Shown in pieces: positions 50,344 to 58,875 of a stretch of DNA of 64,000 nt; position 1 is the first letter of the stretch, and the number at the start of each line of letters is the position of its first letter. A program made the translations under genes and the position numbers. The notes beneath the pieces are model-generated. The model did no database searches, was not told the DNA's origin, and saw only the letters and a list, made by a program, of their open reading frames with translations. This DNA is from Candidatus Krumholzibacteriota bacterium (GTDB taxonomy: Bacteria; Krumholzibacteriota; Krumholzibacteriia; JAJRXK01), in assembly GCA_963806035.1 (NCBI GenBank), contig CAWDWO010000013.1:64001-128000 (forward strand). Reading direction: 5' to 3'.

Positions 50344-51359
50344 GAGTTCTGGGTATCGAAAGTTCCTGTGACGAAACCAGCGTGGCCTGCGTGGACGACG
50401 GCGGGGTGCGATCGAATTTGGTGAGTTCGCAGGTGGATCTTCACGCGCGTTTCGGCGGAGTGGTTCCCGAGCTCGCTTCGCGCGCCCATCTGCGCAACAT
50501 TCTGCCCGTCTTGAGCGCAGCCTTGGAGGATGCCTCCTGGACCCTCGACCAGGTGGAGGCGGTGGCGGCGACCAGTGGGCCCGGACTGATCGGCGCGGTG
50601 CTCATGGGACTCAGCTGCGCCAAAGCTCTGGCCTGGGCCAAAGCTCTGCCCTTCGTGGGTGTCCATCACATCGAGGGTCACATTCTCGCCAACGGGATCG
50701 ATTCGCCCATGGCCTTTCCCGCTCTGGTGTTGGTGGTGAGCGGAGGACATACGCAGACGGTTTTGGCGCGCGCGCCGGGCTCGTACACCATTCTGGGAAG
50801 CACACGAGACGACGCGGCGGGGGAGACCCTGGACAAGACGGCGAAGCTGATGGGTCTGGGGTATCCGGGCGGGCCCATCATCGAAAAGATGGCGGCGCGA
50901 GGCCGAGCCCCCGAGGTGGAATTGCCGGTGGGTCTGCGCCAGCGAGACGAGCTCGATTTCTCCTTCAGTGGACTGAAGACCGCGGTGAGGCTCCGCTTGC
51001 AGGAGCTGGGCGAGAGTCCCTCCGAGCAGGACAAGTGTGATCTGGCGCGGGCGCTGCAGGACGCCGTCATCGAGAGCCTGATGCTCAAGACCCGCGCAGC
51101 TCTCGCCGCCACGGAGGGCGAGAACCTGGCCGGACTCTATCTGGCCGGTGGGGTGGCGGCGAACGGTCCCCTGCGGACGGCCTTCGCCGCGCTGGCCGAG
51201 GAACGTGGCCTCGACTTCCGTCCACCCCCCCTGCGCTACTGCACCGACAACGCGGCCATGATCGCCTGGGCCGGCCGCCTGCGTCTTTTGGCCGGCCAGC
51301 GAGACCCGCTCTCTTTGGGCGCTTTCGCGCGCGGGGACCTCCCTCAATGGGCCGCATGA
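50340..51359 (+). CDS. tsaD: tRNA t6A threonylcarbamoyltransferase TsaD
   Basis: GIESSCDET, GGVVPELASRAH, HHIEGH, SGGHT, DDAAGE, FSFSGLKT, GGVAAN, TDNAAMI. Confidence 0.97.
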   Translation: MRVLGIESSCDETSVACVDDGGVRSNLVSSQVDLHARFGGVVPELASRAHLRNILPVLSAALEDASWTLDQVEAVAATSGPGLIGAVLMGLSCAKALAWAKALPFVGVHHIEGHILANGIDSPMAFPALVLVVSGGHTQTVLARAPGSYTILGSTRDDAAGETLDKTAKLMGLGYPGGPIIEKMAARGRAPEVELPVGLRQRDELDFSFSGLKTAVRLRLQELGESPSEQDKCDLARALQDAVIESLMLKTRAALAATEGENLAGLYLAGGVAANGPLRTAFAALAEERGLDFRPPPLRYCTDNAAMIAWAGRLRLLAGQRDPLSLGAFARGDLPQWAA

Positions 51360-51653
51360 GTTGCCGCGAGGCAGGCTGAGGCCCTCTCCCACCGATAAAG
51401 TATTTACACGGACTGTCAGCTCCCGCCCCGATATGGCAAGCAACCTGCAAGGAACCCCAGCGGATCACGGCCGTTGGCTCGGATCGAGCTTGGATTCGCG
51501 CGCGGCCGGCCGGAGAGCAGCTCGGGTTTGGCTCCCTAATTCGCTGCAATGTTTTTAGTTACGGCGAATTAGTGAGAGAAGGGCCCTGCCCACAGTCTCC
51601 GGTCCCCGCTCGGGCGGCCGTGACATCCTGCAAGACATCCAGAAGGGCCGGTC

Positions 51654-52631
51654 GTGAAAGAAAGCATTCTCGTCGTCGACGACGAACCCCACATCCGGAA
51701 AATCCTGGCTTTTCTTTTGGAGCAAAACGGTTTTTCCGTGCTCACCGCGGAAAACGGCGAACGTGCGCTCGAAGCCGCCCGGGAACAGTTGCCCGATTTG
51801 ATCTTGCTGGACCTCATGATGCCCAAGATGGACGGCTACGAGGTCTGTCAGCACCTGCGCGAGGATTTCAAGACGGCGCAGATTCCCATCATCATCGTGA
51901 CGGCCAAGGGCGACGTGCGCGAGAAGGTGCGCGGCCTGAAGGGCGGAGCCAACGACTACCTGACCAAACCCTACGATCACGACGAGTTGGTGACTCGGGT
52001 GCGCAACATGCTCGACTGGAGTCGGGCCCAAAGGCAGGCCAACCCGCTCACCGGTCTTCCGGGGAACCAGGCCATCGAGAGCGAACTGCAGCGGCGCATC
52101 ATGACCACGCAGCCATTCGCCTTCATGTACATCGATATCGACAACTTCAAGGGCTACAACGACCACTACGGTTACTCGCGCGGTGATCAGGCGATCCGTT
52201 TCGTGTCGGACATCATCCGTCAGACCTCTCAGCGTCTGGGCAACGAAGACGATTTCATCGGACACATCGGCGGCGACGATTTCGTCGTCATCAGTTCTCC
52301 TGCGGTCGCAGACGCGGTCGCGCAGGGTATCGTCGACGACTTCGACGCGAACAGTCATTCCCTTCTGGATGCGGAAGACATCGAACGGGGTCATCTCGAG
52401 GTTCGCAACCGCTTCGGTGGTTCCAACGTGGTTCCCTTCTGCACCATCACTCTGGCGATGGTGAGCGATACGGGAGGCACTTTCAAACACTGGGCGAAGG
52501 TGAGTGACGTCGCGGCCGAGCTGAAGAAGTACGGGAAATCCCTCAAGGGAAGCGTGGTGGTCAAAGAGCGCCGCAGCCACGATTCAGACGCGGAAGCGGC
52601 AGGCATGGGAACGGAAGAGTTGATCTCCTGA
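51654..52631 (+). CDS. Response regulator receiver + GGDEF (GGDDF) diguanylate cyclase
   Basis: VVDDE, LLDLMMPKMDG, TKP; NPLTGLPGN, DIDNFK.YNDHYG...GD, GHIGGDDF. Confidence 0.92.
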   Translation: MKESILVVDDEPHIRKILAFLLEQNGFSVLTAENGERALEAAREQLPDLILLDLMMPKMDGYEVCQHLREDFKTAQIPIIIVTAKGDVREKVRGLKGGANDYLTKPYDHDELVTRVRNMLDWSRAQRQANPLTGLPGNQAIESELQRRIMTTQPFAFMYIDIDNFKGYNDHYGYSRGDQAIRFVSDIIRQTSQRLGNEDDFIGHIGGDDFVVISSPAVADAVAQGIVDDFDANSHSLLDAEDIERGHLEVRNRFGGSNVVPFCTITLAMVSDTGGTFKHWAKVSDVAAELKKYGKSLKGSVVVKERRSHDSDAEAAGMGTEELIS

Positions 52632-52673
52632 GGTGTGGGAGTTCACGCAAGAGAGCCAAGAAGTAGGCGAGAA

Positions 52674-55600
52674 ATGACGACGCTGCGACAGAGCTATTCG
52701 AGTTTTCGCTACCTGGTGAGGAACGTGCGCTGGGTAGAGTTGATGATCACTGCGCTCATCGTCTTTTCGGCGCGCGAGTTGAGCTACATTCACTTCGATG
52801 CCCGACCGGTGTTGGTCATCTTCGCCCTCGCTTTCCTCTGGAACTTTCTGTTCTGGCACGCCGGCCGGCGGCACCTTCTGCGCGAACGCGGGGTGGAGGG
52901 TTCCCGGCTACTCTTCGTCTCGTGGCTCACGGCTGACGTCATCACGACTCTCCTGCTGGTCTACTTCACCGGCCTGACGAGCAGTCCGTTCCTCTTTCTG
53001 CTGGCTCTGCCCGCCATTCTTTCCACTGCGATGACCGACGACACCAAGCAGAGCTACGGCGTGGTCGCGGGCACGGCGCTGGGATTCCTCTCGCTGATCG
53101 CCATGGAGAATGCGGGCAGCATTCCTCACACCGCGGTTTATCCCCCCGAAGTCGACGAGCTGTTCCGCAGCCCCGACGTCGCGTTCGGGATCGGGCTGAT
53201 GATCGCCGCGGTCCTGAGTTTGATCGTCTTCACGCTCTATCGCTTCCGGCCCAACTTCGCCTTTTTCCGCGACGGATTCCGGCAGGGGCGTTTCAGAATC
53301 CAGAGTTTCCGCACGGGAGACGTACAGGACCTGAGACTGGAAGAGGTGGAGAGCGTGGGTCCGGAGGACCTGCTCGAGGAAGTCGTTCAGAACCTCACCA
53401 CGAATCCCTCGGTGTGCTTCGCGGCGGCCATCGTGTTTCCCGCCGGCGAGGAGACCGTCGGGGGCAGGCCCGGAAGCGACTGGCACGAGGGCCTGACCCG
53501 GCAGCGCGCGGTGAGCATCACGCGCCGTCAGGTGATTCCGACCTGGAGTGAGTTCCACACCGAGAAGAGCGATTTCTTCAAGAGCCTGCGCTACGGCGAG
53601 ACCGGCGATCTGTGGGAGGGCCCGTTCTCCCTGCTGCAGAGCGATGGACTGTTCACCAATTTTGACGGCGCCGACATCTACCTCGCCACTCCGGTGAGCC
53701 AGGGAGGGAAAGCGGTCGTCGTGCTCCTGAGCGGTCTGAGCCACCCGGTGAAACGGCGCAACGACGTGGTTCTCCACCTCTTGAGACTCGCGGCCCAGCT
53801 CAAGCCACTCTTGGTGGCGGAGTCGCGTCTCACGCGCCTGCGCGGCGAGATCACCAACTTGCACTCGGAGAACGAAAATCTCAGCCGTCTCAACAAGATG
53901 CAGGCGGAGTTCGTCGGCATGGCCAGCCACGAACTCAAGACGCCCCTGACCAGCATTGGCGCCTATACCGACGCTCTGTTGCTCGCGGCCGACCGGGCCG
54001 AATTCCCCGAACGCCGTGAGTTCTTGGGAGTGATTCGATCCGAGGCGGACCGCCTACTGCGGATGGTCAACCGCATCCTCGACTACTCCAAAATCGAATT
54101 CAACCAGCGCGTCTTGCAGCGGCATCACTGCCAACTGGAAGAGTTACTGGATGAGGTTCTCGCGACGCTTCGTCCGGAACTGGAACGGAGCGAGGTGCGA
54201 GTGGAGGTCGAGCTTCCCGCGAACCTCCCCCGCGTCGAGGTCGACCGGGACATGATGAAACAGGTCATGCTGAACCTCTTGAGCAACGCCCTGAAATTCA
54301 GTCCCAAGAGCAGCGTGATCACCGTCAGCGCCGAGGAGGTCGCGACCACGGTGAACGTGACGGTGCGGGACATGGGCCCCGGCATCCCCGAGGAAGAGGT
54401 GCAGAAGATCTTCCACCAATTCTATCGGGTGCGGGACTACGGAGACGGAATCGAAAGGACCGAGGGAACGGGGCTGGGTCTCTCCATCGTGCGCAACATC
54501 GTGACCGCGCACGGCGGCACGGTGCACGTGGACGGAGGCTACGGAAAGGGAGCCGCATTCAGCTTTACGATCCCCAAGGAGCATCACGTGAACAGCCAGC
54601 CGGAGACGATTCTCGGCGAGGTCACGCGCAGCGCGGAATTCGAACGTCTCATGCGCCTCTTGGTCCGCATGGTGGCCGATTACATGGACTGCAAGATCGT
54701 CTCGGTCATGCTCCTCTCGGAGGACCGTTCCGAGCTCTTCGTGCAGATCGCCTACGGACTGGACGAGTCGATCGTGAAGGACGCGCGGGTGAGAGTGGGC
54801 GAGGGAATCGCCGGCCGCGTGGTGGCGAGCGGGCGTCCTCTGCTCATCGACAACGTCGCCGATACCGAAGGACTGGAATCGCGCAGCCATACCGATCAGT
54901 ACGACACCAACTCGCTGGTCAGCGTGCCTCTCTTCATGAACGGTGAAGTCGTGGGCGTGATCAACTGCAACAACAAGGTCACCGGGGACTCGTTCTACGC
55001 CGACGACTTGAGTTTGTTGATCACCTTGACCGAGAAGGTGACCGTCGCGCTGGCGAGGGCAATGGCCTACGAGAACAGCAAGGGCACCCTCGACAAGACG
55101 GTCGACGCCCTGCAGTCCCTGGTGGAGCTCCACGCCTCCGAGGTGCGAACCTCGCCGCGCTCGGTGCGCTACGCGATGGATCTTGGCCGGCGGCTCGGCC
55201 TCACGCGGCAGCAGGTGCTTGCCCTGCAATATGCGTTCGTCATTCACGACGTCGGCATGACCAAATTGAACGAGGACATCATCCGCAAGCGCGGACCTCT
55301 GAACGAAGACGAAGTCAGCGTGATGCACGCTCACCCCACGGTAGGCGTCGAGATGCTCGAGCCGTTCATGAGCGCGGACGAGCTGGAAGAAATCGTTCGT
55401 TACCATCACGAGCGAGTTGACGGATCAGGCTATCCGCACGGGCTCAAGGGTGAACACATCCCGCTGCCCGCGCGAATCGTGTCCGTGGTGGACGCATACG
55501 AATCGATGACTTCTCTGCGCGCGTATCGGGTGACCATGACTCCGTCAGAGGCGGCGGAGGAACTCGTGAAAAACGCGGGAAGCCAATTCGACGCCGAGGT

Positions 55601-55709
55601 GGTGCGCCTGTTCCTGGACGTTCTGCTGGAAAATGGTGAACTCGACCGGCTCAGTTGGGAAAAATTGAAGGAGGGGGAGCAGTGGCTACGCCCCGCGTCC
55701 TTGTCGTAG
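52674..55709 (+). CDS. Membrane histidine kinase-GAF-HD-GYP hybrid
   Basis: About 6 N-terminal TMs, ASHELKTPLTSI, NLLSNALKF, GTGLGL, GAF (GEGIAGRV...SVPL...VVGVIN), IHDVG...HHERVDGSGYP. Confidence 0.88.
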   Translation: MTTLRQSYSSFRYLVRNVRWVELMITALIVFSARELSYIHFDARPVLVIFALAFLWNFLFWHAGRRHLLRERGVEGSRLLFVSWLTADVITTLLLVYFTGLTSSPFLFLLALPAILSTAMTDDTKQSYGVVAGTALGFLSLIAMENAGSIPHTAVYPPEVDELFRSPDVAFGIGLMIAAVLSLIVFTLYRFRPNFAFFRDGFRQGRFRIQSFRTGDVQDLRLEEVESVGPEDLLEEVVQNLTTNPSVCFAAAIVFPAGEETVGGRPGSDWHEGLTRQRAVSITRRQVIPTWSEFHTEKSDFFKSLRYGETGDLWEGPFSLLQSDGLFTNFDGADIYLATPVSQGGKAVVVLLSGLSHPVKRRNDVVLHLLRLAAQLKPLLVAESRLTRLRGEITNLHSENENLSRLNKMQAEFVGMASHELKTPLTSIGAYTDALLLAADRAEFPERREFLGVIRSEADRLLRMVNRILDYSKIEFNQRVLQRHHCQLEELLDEVLATLRPELERSEVRVEVELPANLPRVEVDRDMMKQVMLNLLSNALKFSPKSSVITVSAEEVATTVNVTVRDMGPGIPEEEVQKIFHQFYRVRDYGDGIERTEGTGLGLSIVRNIVTAHGGTVHVDGGYGKGAAFSFTIPKEHHVNSQPETILGEVTRSAEFERLMRLLVRMVADYMDCKIVSVMLLSEDRSELFVQIAYGLDESIVKDARVRVGEGIAGRVVASGRPLLIDNVADTEGLESRSHTDQYDTNSLVSVPLFMNGEVVGVINCNNKVTGDSFYADDLSLLITLTEKVTVALARAMAYENSKGTLDKTVDALQSLVELHASEVRTSPRSVRYAMDLGRRLGLTRQQVLALQYAFVIHDVGMTKLNEDIIRKRGPLNEDEVSVMHAHPTVGVEMLEPFMSADELEEIVRYHHERVDGSGYPHGLKGEHIPLPARIVSVVDAYESMTSLRAYRVTMTPSEAAEELVKNAGSQFDAEVVRLFLDVLLENGELDRLSWEKLKEGEQWLRPASLS

Positions 55710-56065
55710 AAGACGAAGAGCCCCTCGCCAGGGTCCTGAGCTTCTCGCTGGAGAACGAAGGTTACGTCGTCGCGCGAGCCGAAGACGGTGTGGAGTGCAT
55801 GAACAAGGTCTCCACCTTCAGGCCCGACGCCATTCTCATGGACATCATGATGCCCAATCTCGACGGGCTCGAGACCATTCGTCTGCTCCGTAGCAGCGAG
55901 CAGCACTCCGATCTGCTCATCGTGGCCGTCACCGCCAAGGCCGGCATCAGGGACCGTGAAGAAGCACTGGCGGCAGGCGCCGATCTTTTCGTCAAGAAGC
56001 CCTTCCAGATCTCGTCTCTTCTCGATCAACTCGAAAGTCTGCTCGGCGCCCGCAGGATGGGTTGA
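55682..56065 (+). CDS. Single-domain response regulator
   Basis: VVEDE, LMDIMMPNLDG, VTA, KKPF. GTG start after a purine-rich SD. Confidence 0.9.
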   Translation: MATPRVLVVEDEEPLARVLSFSLENEGYVVARAEDGVECMNKVSTFRPDAILMDIMMPNLDGLETIRLLRSSEQHSDLLIVAVTAKAGIRDREEALAAGADLFVKKPFQISSLLDQLESLLGARRMG

Positions 56066-56068
56066 GTC

Positions 56069-58459
56069 GTGGGCGCGGCTGAAGTAGACCGTCTGCTTGC
56101 GGCAACGGCCAGCTTTCTGCGCTGCCGCGAGCGCAAGGAGCTCGTGGCGCGCGTCACGGACTCCTTCCGCGAGACCATGGGCTTCGCCGCGGCCTGCTTG
56201 CGTTTGCGCGATCCCTTGACCGGGACCCTGGAAGTCTGGATGAGCTGCGGCGCTCAGGGGCGGATCTCCTTCGGTGGCGATCTGGACCCTGGCGAGTTGG
56301 AGTCGATCCTCGCCGAGGATAACCGCAACGGCTCGTGCTATCTGGTCACCGGGGCCAACGATCGCCACGGCGAATTCCACCTCTACTTCCCCTTCCTGGG
56401 TAGCGATCAGTCTATTCTGGGAATGATCCAGCTCGCGGACTTCGAGCAGAAGGGCTCCCCCAGCGGCGAGAGACTGCGTCTCGGCGAACGTCTGGCCGAG
56501 CAAGCCGCGCTCGCCCTGGAGAGCATGAATCGCAACGAGGAACTCAGCAAGAGCGTGCGTGAGCTCTCCAGCTCCCAGCGCAGGGTGGAAGAATTGGAGG
56601 CGCAGCAGGAAGAGTTCCTGGATGGAATCAGCCACGAATTGCGCACGCCGCTCACCTCGATCCAGGCCTACTGTGAAGGACTCCTGGCGCAACACGGAAC
56701 CATGGACGAACAGCTCAAGTCCGAGTTCCTCCAGGTGATTCTCGAGGAGAGCCAGAGGCTTCACGAGCGGGTCGAGGATCTTCTGGCCGTGGCGCGACGG
56801 GAGCATCCGGCGGACAGCAAGCGCCGCGAGAAATTCGATTTCGTCCAGCTCATCCGCGATGCGGTCGCGCGGATGGGAACCCTTTTCCGCGAGAAATCTC
56901 TTCGCTGTCGCGCGCTGCTACCCAACGCGAGCGTCTTCTACGAGGGCAATCGGCCCGCGCTCGATCAGGTCGTTCTCGAGCTCTTGGAGAACGCGATCAA
57001 GTTCACCCCCGAAGGGGGATTGGTCACCATCGGCCTGCGCGAGACCGAGGGCGCCATCGTCCTGCAGGTCGAGGATACCGGCGACGGAGTCCCCGAAGGA
57101 GCAACCGGCCGCGTCTTCGAACGCTTCTACCAGGTGGACGGCTCCCGTACGCGCGTGCACGGAGGACAGGGACTCGGTCTCTCCGTGTGCCAGCAGATCG
57201 TCGACGATCACGATGGACGAATCTGGGTGGAGAAGGGCGAAAGTGGAGGGGCTCGTTTCTGCGTGCGGATCCCGCGCCGCCGCGCGGTCCTGCGCAACGC
57301 GTTCACCCGGCGCACTCACCGCGACATCCGCGACGAGCTCTCCGGACTGCTGGACGCCTCGGTGGCGCTGGTCGCCGAGCTCATGGGCTGCGGGATCGCC
57401 TCGATCATGGTCTACGACGAACGAGAAGACTGTCTGCGGATCCAGGCCGCGGTGGGACTCGAGGAAGAAGTGGTCCGCGACACCCGGGTCGAGAGGGGCC
57501 AGGGAGTGGCGGGACGGGTCTTCGAGAGTGGCCAAGCGCTGCTCTTGGAGGATCTGAGGAACGATGCGAGCCTGCCCAAGTCGGTGAACCAGGAACAGTA
57601 CCAGGGCTACGGCGTGCTCAGCGTTCCCATCTTCGATGAGGAGAGGGTGGTGGGAGTGCTCAACGTCAACAACCAGAGCGAGAGCCGCGCCTTCGACGAG
57701 GACGATCGACTCCTGCTGGAGGCGCTCGCGCTGCGCATCGAACGGGCCTGGGCGAGCTACGAGAGCTTCGAGAAGAGTCACGACCGCATGGCGCAGGCCC
57801 GCGAGGCCTTTCGCGCCACGGTGAACTTGAGCCGCCATCGCCGCACCGCGCTGCGCGAACTCATCGCCCGCTGTGGACTGAAGGCGGCGCGCGCGGCGGG
57901 GGCGGACGAATCGGAGATCCGCTCGCTCAGCTATGCCTTGAGAATTTACGATCTCGGCCTCAGCACGGTGGGCGAGGACATTCTCTCCAAGGCCACCCCC
58001 CTCAGTGTCGCGGATCAGACTCTCATTCGCGATCACTCGCGTCGCGGTGCGCGCCTCGCGCGTGGTTTGGAAGAGGATGGTGTGGTGGAGGCGATGCTCT
58101 ACCACCACCACGAAAACTGGGACGGCAGCGGTTATCCCGAAGCCATCGAGGGCGAGGCCATTCCCCAGGGAGCCAGAGTCATCCGGCTCGTGGACGCGTT
58201 CAGCGCCATGGTGCACGGCCGTCCCGGCCGGCCACCGATGGATCTCGACGAAGCCACTGCGCTCTTGCGGGAAGGCATGGGCCGGCGTTTCTGCCCCCAG
58301 CTCGGTCCCCACTTCCTGCAGGCGGTGGCCGAGCGCGAACGAGTGTTTCGAGAAATCTTGCAAATCAGGAAGCAACCCGTGGATCAAACGGAACAGGAAA
58401 TCGAACTTCCCTTGCTGGTCGGAGCCATCGACGGCGGGACGGAGGAGGACGCGAAGTGA
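56069..58459 (+). CDS. Cytoplasmic GAF-like-histidine kinase-GAF-HD-GYP hybrid
   Basis: ISHELRTPLTSI, ENAIKF, GQGLGL, GAF (GQGVAGRV...SVPI...VVGVLN), IYDLG...HHHENWDGSGYP. Confidence 0.86.
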   Translation: MGAAEVDRLLAATASFLRCRERKELVARVTDSFRETMGFAAACLRLRDPLTGTLEVWMSCGAQGRISFGGDLDPGELESILAEDNRNGSCYLVTGANDRHGEFHLYFPFLGSDQSILGMIQLADFEQKGSPSGERLRLGERLAEQAALALESMNRNEELSKSVRELSSSQRRVEELEAQQEEFLDGISHELRTPLTSIQAYCEGLLAQHGTMDEQLKSEFLQVILEESQRLHERVEDLLAVARREHPADSKRREKFDFVQLIRDAVARMGTLFREKSLRCRALLPNASVFYEGNRPALDQVVLELLENAIKFTPEGGLVTIGLRETEGAIVLQVEDTGDGVPEGATGRVFERFYQVDGSRTRVHGGQGLGLSVCQQIVDDHDGRIWVEKGESGGARFCVRIPRRRAVLRNAFTRRTHRDIRDELSGLLDASVALVAELMGCGIASIMVYDEREDCLRIQAAVGLEEEVVRDTRVERGQGVAGRVFESGQALLLEDLRNDASLPKSVNQEQYQGYGVLSVPIFDEERVVGVLNVNNQSESRAFDEDDRLLLEALALRIERAWASYESFEKSHDRMAQAREAFRATVNLSRHRRTALRELIARCGLKAARAAGADESEIRSLSYALRIYDLGLSTVGEDILSKATPLSVADQTLIRDHSRRGARLARGLEEDGVVEAMLYHHHENWDGSGYPEAIEGEAIPQGARVIRLVDAFSAMVHGRPGRPPMDLDEATALLREGMGRRFCPQLGPHFLQAVAERERVFREILQIRKQPVDQTEQEIELPLLVGAIDGGTEEDAK

Positions 58460-58836
58460 TGAGAAAGATTCTCGTCGTGGACGACGAGCTCTACATTCGC
58501 AACATCTTGGAGTTCGCTCTGAGCAGCGAGGGCTTCGAGGTGTTCACCGTGGCGGACGGCGAGCAGGCGCTGCAGAAGGCACTGGATCTGATGCCCGACT
58601 TGATCGTGCTGGACGTGATGATGCCCAAGCTCGACGGATTCGAAGTCTGTCGCGCCATCAAGGCCAAGGATGAGACCAAACACATCCCGGTCTTCCTCTT
58701 GACCGCGCGGGACAAGGAAGCCGACCGTCAGCGCGGCGAAGAAGTGAACTGCGACGTCTACCTGACCAAACCCTTCAGTCCCAACAAGCTGGCGGAACTC
58801 GTGCAAAAGTACCTGGCTCCGGCCGCCCAGGCCTAG
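58456..58836 (+). CDS. Single-domain response regulator
   Basis: VVDDE, VLDVMMPKLDG, LTAR, TKPFSP. SD GGAGGAGG. Confidence 0.92.
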   Translation: MMRKILVVDDELYIRNILEFALSSEGFEVFTVADGEQALQKALDLMPDLIVLDVMMPKLDGFEVCRAIKAKDETKHIPVFLLTARDKEADRQRGEEVNCDVYLTKPFSPNKLAELVQKYLAPAAQA

Positions 58837-58875
58837 AGCTTCGACCCCGGGCGGCTCGGGGTCTATACTGTAGCC

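Noticed and set aside
52629..56071. TGA readthrough or selenocysteine fusing REC-GGDEF or REC to the following in-frame kinases (TGA at 52629 and 56063)
   Set aside because: The TGA codons lie in inter-domain positions, not at Cys sites, and no convincing SECIS is visible. Same-frame adjacency is a 1-in-3 event.
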